Below, one piece after another: positions 49,824-60,353 of a stretch of 64,000 nt of DNA. This DNA is from an uncultured Chloroflexia bacterium (GTDB taxonomy: Bacteria; Chloroflexota; Anaerolineae; Anaerolineales; Anaerolineaceae). Position 1 is the stretch's first letter. Each line of letters begins with the position of its first letter. The stretch spans positions 422-64,421 of the forward strand of contig CAVVHL010000015.1 in the NCBI GenBank assembly GCA_963748065.1. Reading direction: 5' to 3'. The translations under genes and the position numbers were made by a program. The notes beneath the pieces are model-generated. The model searched no databases. It was not told the origin of the DNA and saw only the letters and a program-made list of their open reading frames with translations.

Positions 49824-50603
49824 TCAGCCGGTCGTATATCCGCCATCAACCGGGATTGCAGCCCCGGTGATGTAAGAAGACTCATCCGACGCCAGGAAAA
49901 GCGCGGCATTGGCGATTTCGATCGGTTCAGCCATGCTGCCTCTCGGGATCACACGATCAAACCGTTCCCGGGCAGCCTTTGGGTCCGGGTCATCATCGAT
50001 CACCTGCTGGGTCATCTCCGTGGCTGTCACGCCGGGACAAAGCGCGTTCACTCGGATGCCATCTTTAGCATAATCAAGGGCCATGTTGCGGGTCAGCTGC
50101 AGCACCGCGCCTTTGGATGCGGTGTACACGGCTAGATTATCCAAGCCCACCAGTGATGCTGAAGACCCGGTATTGATGATCGTGCCTTTCTTTTGGGCGA
50201 CCATAACCGGGATAGTGTATTTACAAGTCAGGAAAACACTCTTGACGTTCACCGCCATCACTCGATCCCAGGCCGTCTCTTCCGTATCAGCGATCTTGCC
50301 GTAATAATTGATCCCGGCATTGTTGTAAAGCACATCGATACGCTGGAATCGCCCTAAAACGGTTGACACCATGTTTTGAACATCCTCAGCGCTGGTCAGG
50401 TCCGTCTTGACAAAGATTGCTTCACCACCGTTCTTGCGCACTTCTTTAGCCGCGGCTTCACCGCTCTGTTCATCGATATCAATCACTGCAATCCTTGCCC
50501 CTTCAGAAGCAAACAGCAGTGCGGCTTGCCTGCCAATGCCCCTGCCTGCGCCTGTGATGATTGCGACTTTCCCAGCTAATCTACCAGTCAATTCTTGCTC
50601 CAA
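49824..50603 (-). CDS. SDR oxidoreductase
   Basis: 259 aa. 'ITGAGRGIGRQ', 'NNAG', 'YTASKGAV'. Confidence 0.85.
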   Translation of the reverse strand: MEQELTGRLAGKVAIITGAGRGIGRQAALLFASEGARIAVIDIDEQSGEAAAKEVRKNGGEAIFVKTDLTSAEDVQNMVSTVLGRFQRIDVLYNNAGINYYGKIADTEETAWDRVMAVNVKSVFLTCKYTIPVMVAQKKGTIINTGSSASLVGLDNLAVYTASKGAVLQLTRNMALDYAKDGIRVNALCPGVTATEMTQQVIDDDPDPKAARERFDRVIPRGSMAEPIEIANAALFLASDESSYITGAAIPVDGGYTTG

Positions 50604-51323
50604 TCAGTTCTCGAACAGGTCAATGACCTGTCCATTCATATTTTTCGCTGCTGGTGAGATCAGGAATCGCACCGCTTCCGCGACATCATCCGGTGAAAGC
50701 CAATGCTGGTGGTCCGCATTCGGATGCAGCGTTTGCATCCTTTCAGTAGACACCGGTCCCGGGCAAACCGCATTCACACGGATTCCATACTTTCCTTCCG
50801 AATCCGCCATTGCCCTTGTCAATCCTATCAAACCATGTTTCAATGCGCTGTATGCTGCAAAATCACCTTCACCGCGTCTGCCAGCTCTCGACGCGATATT
50901 GATGATCGCGCCAGTACCTTGTTCGCGCATCCCCGGTAAGACAGCCCGGCAAAGATAAAATGCGCTGCTGAGGTTGGTTCTGATCATATAATCCCATTCT
51001 TCGTCTGTGGTGCTGACTACCTCTCCAGGTAAACCACGTCCTAGATTGTTCACCAAAAGATCAATCGGCCCTTGTTCTCGAATTATCCGCTCAACGAGTT
51101 TTTCAACCTCATCCGAAACCGTGAGGTCCGCCGGCATGATCACGGCATGCTGTGATAGCGCTCCAAATGAGGTCAACGCTGAGCGCAACTTTTCTTCATT
51201 GCGAGAGGACAATACAACGCGGTATCCCTCCTGCAAGAGCATTCGGGCAATCGCCTTACCAATCCCTTCGCTGGCACCTGATACGAGTGCCGTTCGTTCA
51301 AATCCGTCTGTCATCATATTCAT
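50604..51323 (-). CDS. SDR oxidoreductase
   Basis: 239 aa. 'VSGASEGIGKA', 'NNLG', 'YSALKHGL'. Abuts the upstream SDR with no gap. Confidence 0.85.
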   Translation of the reverse strand: MNMMTDGFERTALVSGASEGIGKAIARMLLQEGYRVVLSSRNEEKLRSALTSFGALSQHAVIMPADLTVSDEVEKLVERIIREQGPIDLLVNNLGRGLPGEVVSTTDEEWDYMIRTNLSSAFYLCRAVLPGMREQGTGAIINIASRAGRRGEGDFAAYSALKHGLIGLTRAMADSEGKYGIRVNAVCPGPVSTERMQTLHPNADHQHWLSPDDVAEAVRFLISPAAKNMNGQVIDLFEN

Positions 51324-51440
51324 TCAATACAGGGCTGTAGCAGTGAAAATAATTTTGTGTTCACTGCTTGTTTTCCTGCTTAATCCTTGCTTGAAATTGT
51401 TCCGTCCAAAAATCCGATCCGTAAATTTTTCTTCGATCCG

Positions 51441-52760
51441 CTAATCCGTTTCGATTTCTGTTGAAGTCAAAGATGCGAAAAACGCACCGGCCTGTTCCAT
51501 TGCCCGATCATCATCAGGCAAGGGAAGAATTTCGGCCGTGATAAAACCTTGAAAGTGATTGGCGATCAAGGTTGACAAATACTGATGGAAAGGCAAATGA
51601 CCCAAACCGGGCGCCAATCGATTGCTGTCGGCAAAGTGGATATATCCGATTTTCTCGGCATAACGCGCCAATGTCTTGTTGATATCAGCTTCTTCGATAT
51701 TCATATGGAAGGTGTCCAGGAGGAGTTTTATTTCCGGATGACCCGCTTCTTCGCAGAATTGGACGCCTTCAGCTGCGGTATTGATGAAGTTGGTTTCATA
51801 ACGATTGATCGGTTCAAGCAGCAGTTGAACCCCTTGTTCCAACGCGTGATTGGCGCATTCATCTACCGAAGCGAGGGCTCTTTGATATTGTTCGCCCATT
51901 TCCGATTCACTGCCTGTGAATCTCCCTCGGATGCCACCGATGATGACAGCTGCATCGAAGCTCGCTGCGGTGTTGATGTGCGCTTTGATGCGTTCTACTG
52001 CGCCTTTTACACCAGCCGGATCAGCGGCGCCCAGGCACATGCCGTCATGCAGGCATGATTGCCCTGTTGCGATTGCTGAAAGCCCCAAACCATATTTGGA
52101 GAGCAGGGCTTCGAGTTGAGGCACGTAGAGGTCTTCCGGGTCGCGTAAGCTTAACTCAACTACGTCAAATCCATACTCAGCAGCTTTTTGCATGCCTTTC
52201 TCAAGATCGCCGGCGAACAACAGCGGTCCGAATACGGATTTATTCGGAGAAAGGGAGACGCCAAACCGGATCTGATTTAAACTTTCTATAATTTGTCTCC
52301 GGTCCAGGTCCAGCGCAGGTTCTGAAATTTTTATTACACGCTGATGATGACGACCGTATTCAAAATCCGCCTTCAGCCATGCATCCATGATACCGACCAT
52401 GCGTTGGGGAGAGACAATCCAGGCGCCCATACAGAGCACATTGGCATCGTTGTGTGCTCGCGCCTGGTGTGCGGTGTAGGGATCGTGACAAAGCGCAGCC
52501 CGAATGCCGTTGACCTTATTCGCAGCCATCGACATACCGATCCCGGTCCCGCATACGAGCACGCCTAAATCCGCTTCGCCAGAGACTACCTTCAGGGAGA
52601 CAAGCTGGGCATAATCCGGGTAATCTACGGAAATCTCGCCGCTGAATGGTCCCAAATCCACGACATCATACCCGTTTTGTCGCAGATATTCACCGACGGC
52701 TTCCTTTAAAGGCAGCCCAACGTGGTCGCTGCCGATGACGTATCTGGGTTTTCTTTCCAT
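51441..52760 (-). CDS. fusion protein: RpiB/LacAB-type sugar-phosphate isomerase plus xylose-isomerase-like TIM-barrel domain
   Basis: 439 aa. Residues 1-150 ('IGSDHVGLPLK...VLVCGTGIGMSMAANKVNGIRAAL...ARAHNDANVLCMG') are RpiB-like. Residues from about 165 to 439 ('GFDVVEL...LLLEPINRYETNFI...IGYIHFADSNR') are TIM-barrel sugar isomerase/epimerase-like. Confidence 0.75.
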   Translation of the reverse strand: MERKPRYVIGSDHVGLPLKEAVGEYLRQNGYDVVDLGPFSGEISVDYPDYAQLVSLKVVSGEADLGVLVCGTGIGMSMAANKVNGIRAALCHDPYTAHQARAHNDANVLCMGAWIVSPQRMVGIMDAWLKADFEYGRHHQRVIKISEPALDLDRRQIIESLNQIRFGVSLSPNKSVFGPLLFAGDLEKGMQKAAEYGFDVVELSLRDPEDLYVPQLEALLSKYGLGLSAIATGQSCLHDGMCLGAADPAGVKGAVERIKAHINTAASFDAAVIIGGIRGRFTGSESEMGEQYQRALASVDECANHALEQGVQLLLEPINRYETNFINTAAEGVQFCEEAGHPEIKLLLDTFHMNIEEADINKTLARYAEKIGYIHFADSNRLAPGLGHLPFHQYLSTLIANHFQGFITAEILPLPDDDRAMEQAGAFFASLTSTEIETD

Positions 52761-52829
52761 CTTTTCTGATCACTCAACTCATCCTAAGATTTCTGAATTA
52801 TTCTCGCAACAATATAAAAAACAATATAA

Positions 52830-53648
52830 TTACTTCCACCACAGTGATTGAGCGGTTTTTCCCATGATCCACTCTAGGTCAGATTCTGTAAAATCCAATC
52901 CATTTGTAAAGACATCAAACATGCCCGTAAATGACCAGTGGTCATTCAATAAATGGAAAGTCCGATCCCCACATGCATCGTCGTGGACCGAACCTGTCCT
53001 TTACGGCTTGAACCAATGCCCAGGTGTCTCGATAAGGTGCTGCTTCCGCCGAATAATAATTCATTCCTGAAAGTTTGATGTAGATATTGTCGTGTTCCGA
53101 TAATTCAAGTAGGTCAATAAAAACTGGTAAATCTATTACGCAGCCTTTTTCCGGCCGGCCGAGGTGGTCAATCACGAAAGGGGTTTGGTATTGATCTGCG
53201 ATCTCTCCGATCAGCGGCAAATATTCCGGCGTCAATTGGAAACATACCGGCAGTGCCAAATTCTTCACAGGCATCCAACAGGTTTGTGAATGTCTCGTCC
53301 TGCCATTGCGTCATCGGCTGCAACTGTAAATTGACCCGCAGCCCATCCGCCCCTGCTTCAGCCAACGTTTTCATTTCCTCTGCTGCCGAATCGGATAGCG
53401 GGTCCACAAGGACAACAGCTTTGAATTTATCAGGATCAGTCCGCTTGCAATCGAGAAGATAGCTGTTATCCCAGCCGTAAGGCGTGGGCTGCACGAACAC
53501 CGCACCGTCTATCCCATTGCGCAGCCATCACTTCCAGATATTGTGCCAGATCCGCATCTTCATCAGGCGTATACCCGCCAATCGGCTGCCAGGGATAATT
53601 ATCAGGGTCATTGACCCAAAGGTGCAGGTGCGAATCAATCTTCATCAT
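52830..53648 (-). CDS. amidohydrolase_2-family hydrolase (LigI / sugar-lactonase-like); three frame breaks
   Basis: 'MKIDSHLHLW' N-terminus, 'FVIDHLGRP', and 'WGSDFPF' C-terminal Asp motif. The pieces 53466..53648, 53168..53500, 52942..53274 and a final 'NDHWSFTGMFDVFTNGLDFTESDLEWIMGKTAQSLWWK*' join with breaks near 53520, 53258 and 52945. Confidence 0.7.
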
Positions 53649-54626
53649 GCGAAACGTATTTCCAATCCGCGAACAACGCGTACGCCCATTTCCAGATAAG
53701 GCACTTCGATGTCATGCTTCTTCGCAAGGTTCCATATATATAAACCGGTGTCATCAATTTCTGTTTTTCGTTCCCGTTCGATATCGAGCAGCATGGCTTG
53801 TTTGTAGCCTTTTCCACCGCGGGCTTCCCACTCCCTGCCATGCTCGATGACATGCTGAACACCTTCGTCAATGGTGCCTTCGCAGCGATCCATTACTTCG
53901 ATGGTGGGGTAATCCCGCACTTCCACACCAAGCGCGTTGGCCGTGCGAACCATATCACGGGTCATCATGACCATGATATATGCGAAATCGGGGGATTGCA
54001 TGACCTCCGTCTGAGGCAAACGGGCCAATACGGCGGAAATAGATGAAGGGGTCCACCAGATCAATTTGCACCATTCAATTTCCTCGATATTGCTGACGGC
54101 TTGGCATGGTAAACCAGCCTTGATTGAACAACTCGGCCAGTTCTTCCACTAACGGGGTGATCCCCTCTTCCGGATTTCCAATCCAGGTCGGGAAGTCATC
54201 ATCGCCGCGTTTCACTCGGCCGTAATTAATCAACGAACCTGCAACGCGACTCACAATCCGCAACACTTCAGCGTCTGGATAGGCTTTTCGAAACCTTTCA
54301 GAGTGACCCAAACCATTTTGGACGGAAGCAACCGCTTTCACATGAACATGAGAAACGCTTTCCAGCGCGGCAGCCGTATCATGGTTCTTTACCGCAACAA
54401 TCATCAGATCAACTTCATCGATTTCATGAGGATCGGTTGTTGCCTCAACCGGAACGAGTACCTCACCCTCCGGTTTCTCGATGACCAGTTTGCCGCCGTT
54501 CTTCTCTATCTCATCGACATGTGCCTGCCTGCGGAACAACATAGTGACATCCGCGCCGGCTTCGGCGAGATATGCACCAACCAATGCGCCCCATCCGCCT
54601 GCACCCAATATGAGAATCTTCATCAT
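53645..54626 (-). CDS. 2-dehydropantoate 2-reductase (PanE/ApbA) family oxidoreductase; frame break near 54118
   Basis: 'MKILILGAGGWGALVGAYLA' Rossmann motif and 'VAVKNHD'. The frame continues as '...NQAGLPCQAVSNIEEIEWCKLIWW...' if one G is removed from 'aaggctgg'. Confidence 0.75.
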
Positions 54627-54662
54627 TCTCCTGTGTCCAAAACGGCCCGAATACGGCTGAAA

Positions 54663-55628
54663 TTATGCCCTTGCAATCTGCACGCTCTCATCATCACCCT
54701 CATCATCGATCCCGGCTTTTTTCCGTCTTTCAGCGATAATCGCGGACAAGAAGAGCACAATAATGGTCATGATATACGGCAGCATCAACACGATCTGTGA
54801 AGGTAATCCGAACTGCTGCAATCTGACCGCCAGGGCGTCGGCAAAGCCGAAGATCAGGCAGGCGATCATACTGGGTACAGGTCGCATTCGCCCAAAGTTG
54901 ATCGCGGCCAATGCCAACCAACCTCTGCCTGCCGTCATATTCTCGGAAAACAACGTGAGATAACTGAGCGAGAGGAAAGTCCCTCCAAGCGCACAAAAAA
55001 GCCCACTGAGCATCAGCCCGATATATTTCATACGCTTTGTGTTGACGCCGATCGATTCTGCAGCATCAATCTTTTCGCCCACCGACCGCAATCTGTATCC
55101 AAAGGGTGTTTGATATAACACCAAATAAGTGATATATACACTGACGAATGAAAGGTAAACGAGTGGGAAGTGCCCACTGATTAGATCACCCAGGATAGGA
55201 ATATCCTTAATGAGCGGGATATCAACCGTATGGAACCCAACGATCAGGTCGGTTTTATAAACACCGTAAACATTCAGAATTGCAGTCAACAAATAGTTCG
55301 TCAAACCGATTGCGACGATGTTCATCGCCAAGCCAACAATAACTTCGTTGGCTTTTAATTCCAAATGCAGGATGGCAAAGACCAGACTGACAACCAGACA
55401 GGCTACAATTGCGTACAACAAGCCGCCGTAGATGCTGCCGGTTTGAACGCTGCCCAGAACGGCAAAGAAGGAACCAATCAGCATGAACCCTTCCAGGGCA
55501 ACATTGAAAATCCCGGTATGGCTGGAGAAGATCCCGCCCATCGTGGCAAAAATGATCGGTGTAGCCATCCGCAGGGCGGCGGCAAAGAGTGAAATTGTGA
55601 GGATACTACTCAGGTCAACGCCAACCAT
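54663..55628 (-). CDS. ABC transporter permease (BMP/nucleoside-type, YufQ/NupQ-like)
   Basis: 321 aa and polytopic. Paired with a second permease, a duplicated ATPase and a BMP lipoprotein. Confidence 0.8.
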   Translation of the reverse strand: MVGVDLSSILTISLFAAALRMATPIIFATMGGIFSSHTGIFNVALEGFMLIGSFFAVLGSVQTGSIYGGLLYAIVACLVVSLVFAILHLELKANEVIVGLAMNIVAIGLTNYLLTAILNVYGVYKTDLIVGFHTVDIPLIKDIPILGDLISGHFPLVYLSFVSVYITYLVLYQTPFGYRLRSVGEKIDAAESIGVNTKRMKYIGLMLSGLFCALGGTFLSLSYLTLFSENMTAGRGWLALAAINFGRMRPVPSMIACLIFGFADALAVRLQQFGLPSQIVLMLPYIMTIIVLFLSAIIAERRKKAGIDDEGDDESVQIARA

Positions 55629-56707
55629 TTTTTGAGTCCCTTTCTAATCTGCTTGAGGAATACAGTCGCTGTCACGAAAAGGACCACTGTCCCCTTGACC
55701 ATTTGAACCACAGCCTGGGGAACACCCGTGATGGATTGCATCGTCAGCGCGCCATTAGCAAGTGCACCGTAGAACAAAGCTGTTGGGAAAACCGCGAATG
55801 GGTTATTCTGAGCGATGATCGCAATCATGAAGCCATCCCAACCATATCCGGAAGAGAAGCCACCCATGAATCGTCCGAAGAAGCCCTGGATCATAATCGC
55901 ACCCCCCAAACCGATAAGCCCACCGCTCATTGTCATCGCCAGGATCATACTCCGTTTAACCGGCAGACCGGCTGCTGCGGCAAATTTTTCATTCAAACCA
56001 ACCATGCGCAGCTCATACCCGATTTTTGTTTTGAACAAGAACCAATACATCAGGAAGACCAGCGCAATTGCGATCAAAAAGCCAATGTTGATCGTTGAAC
56101 CAGGAATCAATTTCGGTAGTTTCGCCGATGCTGCAATGACAGGCGAACCGGCCATAGGAGCAGTCGGATCCTTGAAGGGGAATGCAATCAGATAATCCGT
56201 AAGTCCAATGCCGATATAATTGAGCATTAAAGTGGGCACCAGCTCCGGGACCTTCCAGCGCATCTTGAGATAAAGCACCGGGAGCGTCCACAATGCGCCG
56301 CCGATGATGCCAGCCAGAAGGCATAACGGGATATGGATATAACTGGGTAAATTCGTAAACGTGAAACCAACCCAGGCAGCTGCAAAAGCACCGATATATA
56401 ATTGGCCTTCCAAGCCGAGGTTAATGATATTGGTCTTGAAAGCAATTGCACCGGCAAGCCCAGCCAGGATCATGATGGTTGATCGGTCCAGGGTGTCGGC
56501 AAACCGGTAACCGTTTCCGAATGCACCCTGCCAAAGAGCAGCGTAGGCTTCCCATGGATTTTTTCCTGACAGATACATTACCACTGCGCCGATCATAAGA
56601 GCGATCGCAATGATGATCACATAATTCAACAATTGCGTTGTAACATTGACAATATTTTCTTTCCAATGTGCGGTGTTTTTTGCTTTGCTCATGGACCTCC
56701 TAGTCAT
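55610..56707 (-). CDS. ABC transporter permease (BMP/nucleoside-type, YufP/NupP-like)
   Basis: 365 aa and polytopic. Overlaps both neighbouring genes, consistent with translational coupling. Confidence 0.8.
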   Translation of the reverse strand: MTRRSMSKAKNTAHWKENIVNVTTQLLNYVIIIAIALMIGAVVMYLSGKNPWEAYAALWQGAFGNGYRFADTLDRSTIMILAGLAGAIAFKTNIINLGLEGQLYIGAFAAAWVGFTFTNLPSYIHIPLCLLAGIIGGALWTLPVLYLKMRWKVPELVPTLMLNYIGIGLTDYLIAFPFKDPTAPMAGSPVIAASAKLPKLIPGSTINIGFLIAIALVFLMYWFLFKTKIGYELRMVGLNEKFAAAAGLPVKRSMILAMTMSGGLIGLGGAIMIQGFFGRFMGGFSSGYGWDGFMIAIIAQNNPFAVFPTALFYGALANGALTMQSITGVPQAVVQMVKGTVVLFVTATVFLKQIRKGLKKWLALT

Positions 56708-58224
56708 CGCACAATTCCTCTCCGGATGTCATCAAACAACTCACCCGTCTACGGATATCATCATCGTACGATCCGGCATCGAAGAGCCGACCTTCATAAA
56801 AGACAACGATGCGATCACTCAGTGCCAGGATTTCATCCAGATCGGCTGAAATTACAAATACTGCTGCGCCGCGGTTGGCATATTCCACCAACATCTGCCG
56901 GATTGCTTCTGTGCCAGCGATATCGATCCCACGTGTAGGCTGAGAGGCGATGACGACCTTCGCTTTTTCAGGCCCAAGTTCACGTGCTGCAATGACCCGC
57001 TGGATATTGCCACCGGACAGGTTTGCTGTTTTGACTTCAAGGCCGGGCGTTGATACGTTGAATTTATGTACCAAACCATCTGACATCTGAATGATCTCCG
57101 GCATAATCAGGGAGACACCTTTTGAATAAGGTTGTGAGTAATATTCCCCGGAGACCATATTCTCCCAAATAGCCGCATCGATAGCGACGCCGGCATCGTA
57201 GCGGTCCGATGGGATATAAGCGACACCCGCTTCACGGATATCCCTGGTGTGCAGGTCCTGGATTTCCTTGCCATCAATAGTGATCGTCCCACACCTTACC
57301 GGTCGCAATCCCAGGATCGCTTCGACAAATTCTTCCTGTCCATTGCCATCCACACCAGCGCCGCCGACGATTTCACCCGAAAACAGCTTCAGACTGGCGT
57401 TCTTGACTGCACGCAGATCCCGGTTGTCAAGGACGGTCATATGAATGACCTCCATGACGAGATCGCCCGGTTCAGACTTTTCCCGAAGGCGCCCACCAAT
57501 AGTTTCGCGGCCGACCATCATTTCCGCCAGTTGGCATTCATCCGTTTCCGAACACTTGACAGTCCCAACAAGTTTCCCACCGCGCATGACAGAAATATCA
57601 TCCGATATTTCCAAAACTTCTCTTAATTTATGACTGATAAATAAAATCGTAATGCCTTGCTTCACCAGGTTCTGCAGCATTACAAATAATTCCTTGGTTT
57701 CCATATCCGTCAGGACAGCCGTCGGTTCATCCAAAACGAGGATCTCAACACCACGATACAACGCCTTCAGGATCTCCGCACGCTGTTGTTCTCCCACGGA
57801 AACATCCGCCGTGATCTCTTTTTCATTAATTTGGAAACCGTATTTTTGAGCGATTTCCTGAACGCTCTTATTCAGTTCGTTCTCATCAATGAAAATGCTT
57901 TTCTTTGGTTCCACACCTAGCGCAATATTGTGGGCTAATGTGTATGAAGGTACAAGCTTAAAATGTTGATGCACCATGCCAATCCCCTTGGCGATGGCAT
58001 CTCGGGGACTGGAAAATGAGACTTCTTCATTATTAATGAATATCTTTCCTGAATCTGGTTTCATCAGCCCATAAATGATATTCATCAATGTCGTTTTTCC
58101 GGCACCATTCTCACCCACGATGGCACGAATCGTCCCCTTTTCGATTGAAAGAACTCAAATCGTCATTCGCAACGACACCGGGAAAGGTCTTCGTGATATT
58201 CTTGACGGATAGTGCTTCTGTCAT
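56700..58224 (-). CDS. ABC transporter ATP-binding protein with two fused ATPase domains; frame break near 58150
   Basis: Listed ORF begins at Walker A 'GENGAGKTT'. The true N-terminus 'MTEALSVKNITKTFPGVVANDDLS' (ATG 58224) is in another frame. First-domain 'VLDEPTAVL'. Second-domain 'LSGGNIQR' and 'VIASQPTRGID'. Confidence 0.8.
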
Positions 58225-58300
58225 AAGGATTCACCAACCTTGAATTCAATAGAAAGTGGGCCTTCTCTATCGTGAAAAGGCCCACTTATCATTTTATTAA

Positions 58301-59395
58301 CTACTGAGGACGCTCCACAACGATCTCACCGGATGTGATTGCAGCTTTGATCTCATCAATCTTGTCCTTCACAGCCTGCGGGATTGCATCGCCCATGGCG
58401 GACATATCGGTGATATCCATCACGCCATCAGCAACACCGTAGAGGATCTCGCCGGGTTCGAGGGTACCATCGATGAACCGAGCGATAACGTTATAAACTT
58501 CAACGTCAGTCTTCTTGAGTACGGAGGTCAGGATATGACCGGGTACCTGCTGATCCCAATCAACATCTGCGCCAATACCGTACAGACCTGTTTCTTGAAC
58601 GGCCTCGAAGACGCCAACATCGCCAGGGGAACCGGAAACGGACATGATGATATCGACGCCCTGATCCTGGAACATGGCCTTCGCCAGTTCTTTTGCCTTC
58701 GCCGGGTCATTGAATGAGCCGACATAGGAGATGTTCACCTGGATTTCAGGATCGATATATTTCGCGCCTGCTTCATAACCGCTGAACCAACGAACAACGC
58801 TGGGGACTTCCATGCCACCAACGAAGCCGATGATCTTGTCAGCATTGATGCCGGCCAAATCAGTTTCGGTGGTCATCATAGCTGCCAGAGCACCAGCCAG
58901 GAAGGAACCTTCCTGTTCCTGAGCGATCAAGCCAACGGTATTATCCAGACCGGGATTACCATCCACCAAAGCGAACATGGTGTCCGGGAAATCCGGCGCA
59001 ACGTTCGCAATCGCATCGTTCATGGTATTGCCGACGCCGATGATCAGTTCATAGCCGTCCTGAGCTGCCGTGCGGACATTGCGTTCCCATTCTTCGGCCA
59101 CTTCACTCTCAAGGATGCGCTCTTCAAAACCAAAGTCTGCTGCGGCCTGTTTGTAGCCAACACCGGACAGGTACATGAAGCCTTCCTTGCCGACACGACC
59201 AGCGGGAACCAAAGCGATCTTTGGAGGTTCTTTGGTTTCAACCATTTCTTCTGTCGCGGTCATTTCTTCTGTCGCAACCATTTCCTCTGTTGGTGCCATT
59301 ACTTCTTCTGTTGGCGCAGGGGTCTGGGTCTTGCAAGAAGTCAGAACAGTCATCGCGATCAAAATAGCAACAACTAAGATCCTCATCTTTTTCAT
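58301..59395 (-). CDS. BMP-family (Med/PnrA-like) ABC substrate-binding lipoprotein
   Basis: 364 aa. Lipobox 'LTSC' and a repetitive 'APTEE(V/M)...TEEMV' linker. 'GFVGGMEVP' and 'DVD' blocks are typical of BMP proteins. Confidence 0.8.
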   Translation of the reverse strand: MKKMRILVVAILIAMTVLTSCKTQTPAPTEEVMAPTEEMVATEEMTATEEMVETKEPPKIALVPAGRVGKEGFMYLSGVGYKQAAADFGFEERILESEVAEEWERNVRTAAQDGYELIIGVGNTMNDAIANVAPDFPDTMFALVDGNPGLDNTVGLIAQEQEGSFLAGALAAMMTTETDLAGINADKIIGFVGGMEVPSVVRWFSGYEAGAKYIDPEIQVNISYVGSFNDPAKAKELAKAMFQDQGVDIIMSVSGSPGDVGVFEAVQETGLYGIGADVDWDQQVPGHILTSVLKKTDVEVYNVIARFIDGTLEPGEILYGVADGVMDITDMSAMGDAIPQAVKDKIDEIKAAITSGEIVVERPQ

Positions 59396-59550
59396 AACGA
59401 AATTCTCCTTTTTACCTTCTGGTTTACTGAATATGTTTAATCTACTTATTCATTTACCTTCCAGGCTTTCCGGTGGGCCTCCTTTCGTAAAAATTGTCTT
59501 GCTGACTTTTCCGATAAGTCGTTTCCAATTGACTGAAATATCACAGCACA

Positions 59551-60336
59551 CTATCTAGGCGTCTGTGCAGCCTCACGAAGTTTGGAAATACCGGCTTTTG
59601 CGCCATTGCGGAGAAAGACAATATCATTCGAATAGGTAATGATCTTCATGCCGCGTTTCTGCCATTCAATCAACCACTCCAGGTTTCCGATATGGATACC
59701 GCATGGGACATTGTGTTTAAGACAGGCATCCAATACCTTCTGCATCGTCGGTTCAAGCGCGGCCAGGTAATCCTTCTCATGAATACCCATGCTCAGGCAA
59801 AGGTCATTCGGACCGATCACAACCGCATCGACGCCTTCGACCGTGACCAGATCTTCAATGTTTTCAATAGCCTTTTTCCGTTCAATTTGCAGGATGATCA
59901 TGACTTCTCGGTTAGCCTGTTCTGTGAATTCCCACATATCACCCGGCAGGAAGTTGTTATGCCCTTTTGGCACCGAGCAACCTCTGACACCGATCGGCGG
60001 ATAATGGGTATTGGAGATGATGCGTTCCACCTGCTCCCTGGTTTCAATCCGTGGGACCATGATTCCCATCGCGCCGGCATCCAGAATACGCGCCATCAAA
60101 TGATATTCATCATTCGGTACGCGAACCAAAGGAACAACCTTTGTCAATCGGGCTACCTTGACCATGTCAGTCACAACCCCGATATCATTGGGGCCGTGTT
60201 CCATATCAAAGAACATGAAATCGCAACCGGCTTGCTCCATGATCATTGAGATTGAAGGTGAGCGCGAATCCTGCGCCATCGTACCGTAGATCGCTTCTCC
60301 CTTTTCCAGCTTTAGTCGTAGTGGATTAGGTTCCAT
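59551..60336 (-). CDS. HpcH/HpaI-family 2-keto-3-deoxy-acid aldolase
   Basis: 261 aa. 'FFDMEHGP', 'VRVP', and 'GPNDLCLSMG' divalent-metal/aldolase blocks. Confidence 0.8.
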   Translation of the reverse strand: MEPNPLRLKLEKGEAIYGTMAQDSRSPSISMIMEQAGCDFMFFDMEHGPNDIGVVTDMVKVARLTKVVPLVRVPNDEYHLMARILDAGAMGIMVPRIETREQVERIISNTHYPPIGVRGCSVPKGHNNFLPGDMWEFTEQANREVMIILQIERKKAIENIEDLVTVEGVDAVVIGPNDLCLSMGIHEKDYLAALEPTMQKVLDACLKHNVPCGIHIGNLEWLIEWQKRGMKIITYSNDIVFLRNGAKAGISKLREAAQTPR

Positions 60337-60353
60337 ATATCAAAAATCTCCTA

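Noticed and set aside
8040-58160. The frame breaks considered as programmed ribosomal frameshifts or as a sign of an alternative genetic code.
   Set aside because: The breaks occur in many unrelated genes. They lack slippery heptamers followed by structures, go in both directions (+1 and -1), and fall mostly at short homopolymers. In-frame stops are by-products of the shifts, not recoded codons.
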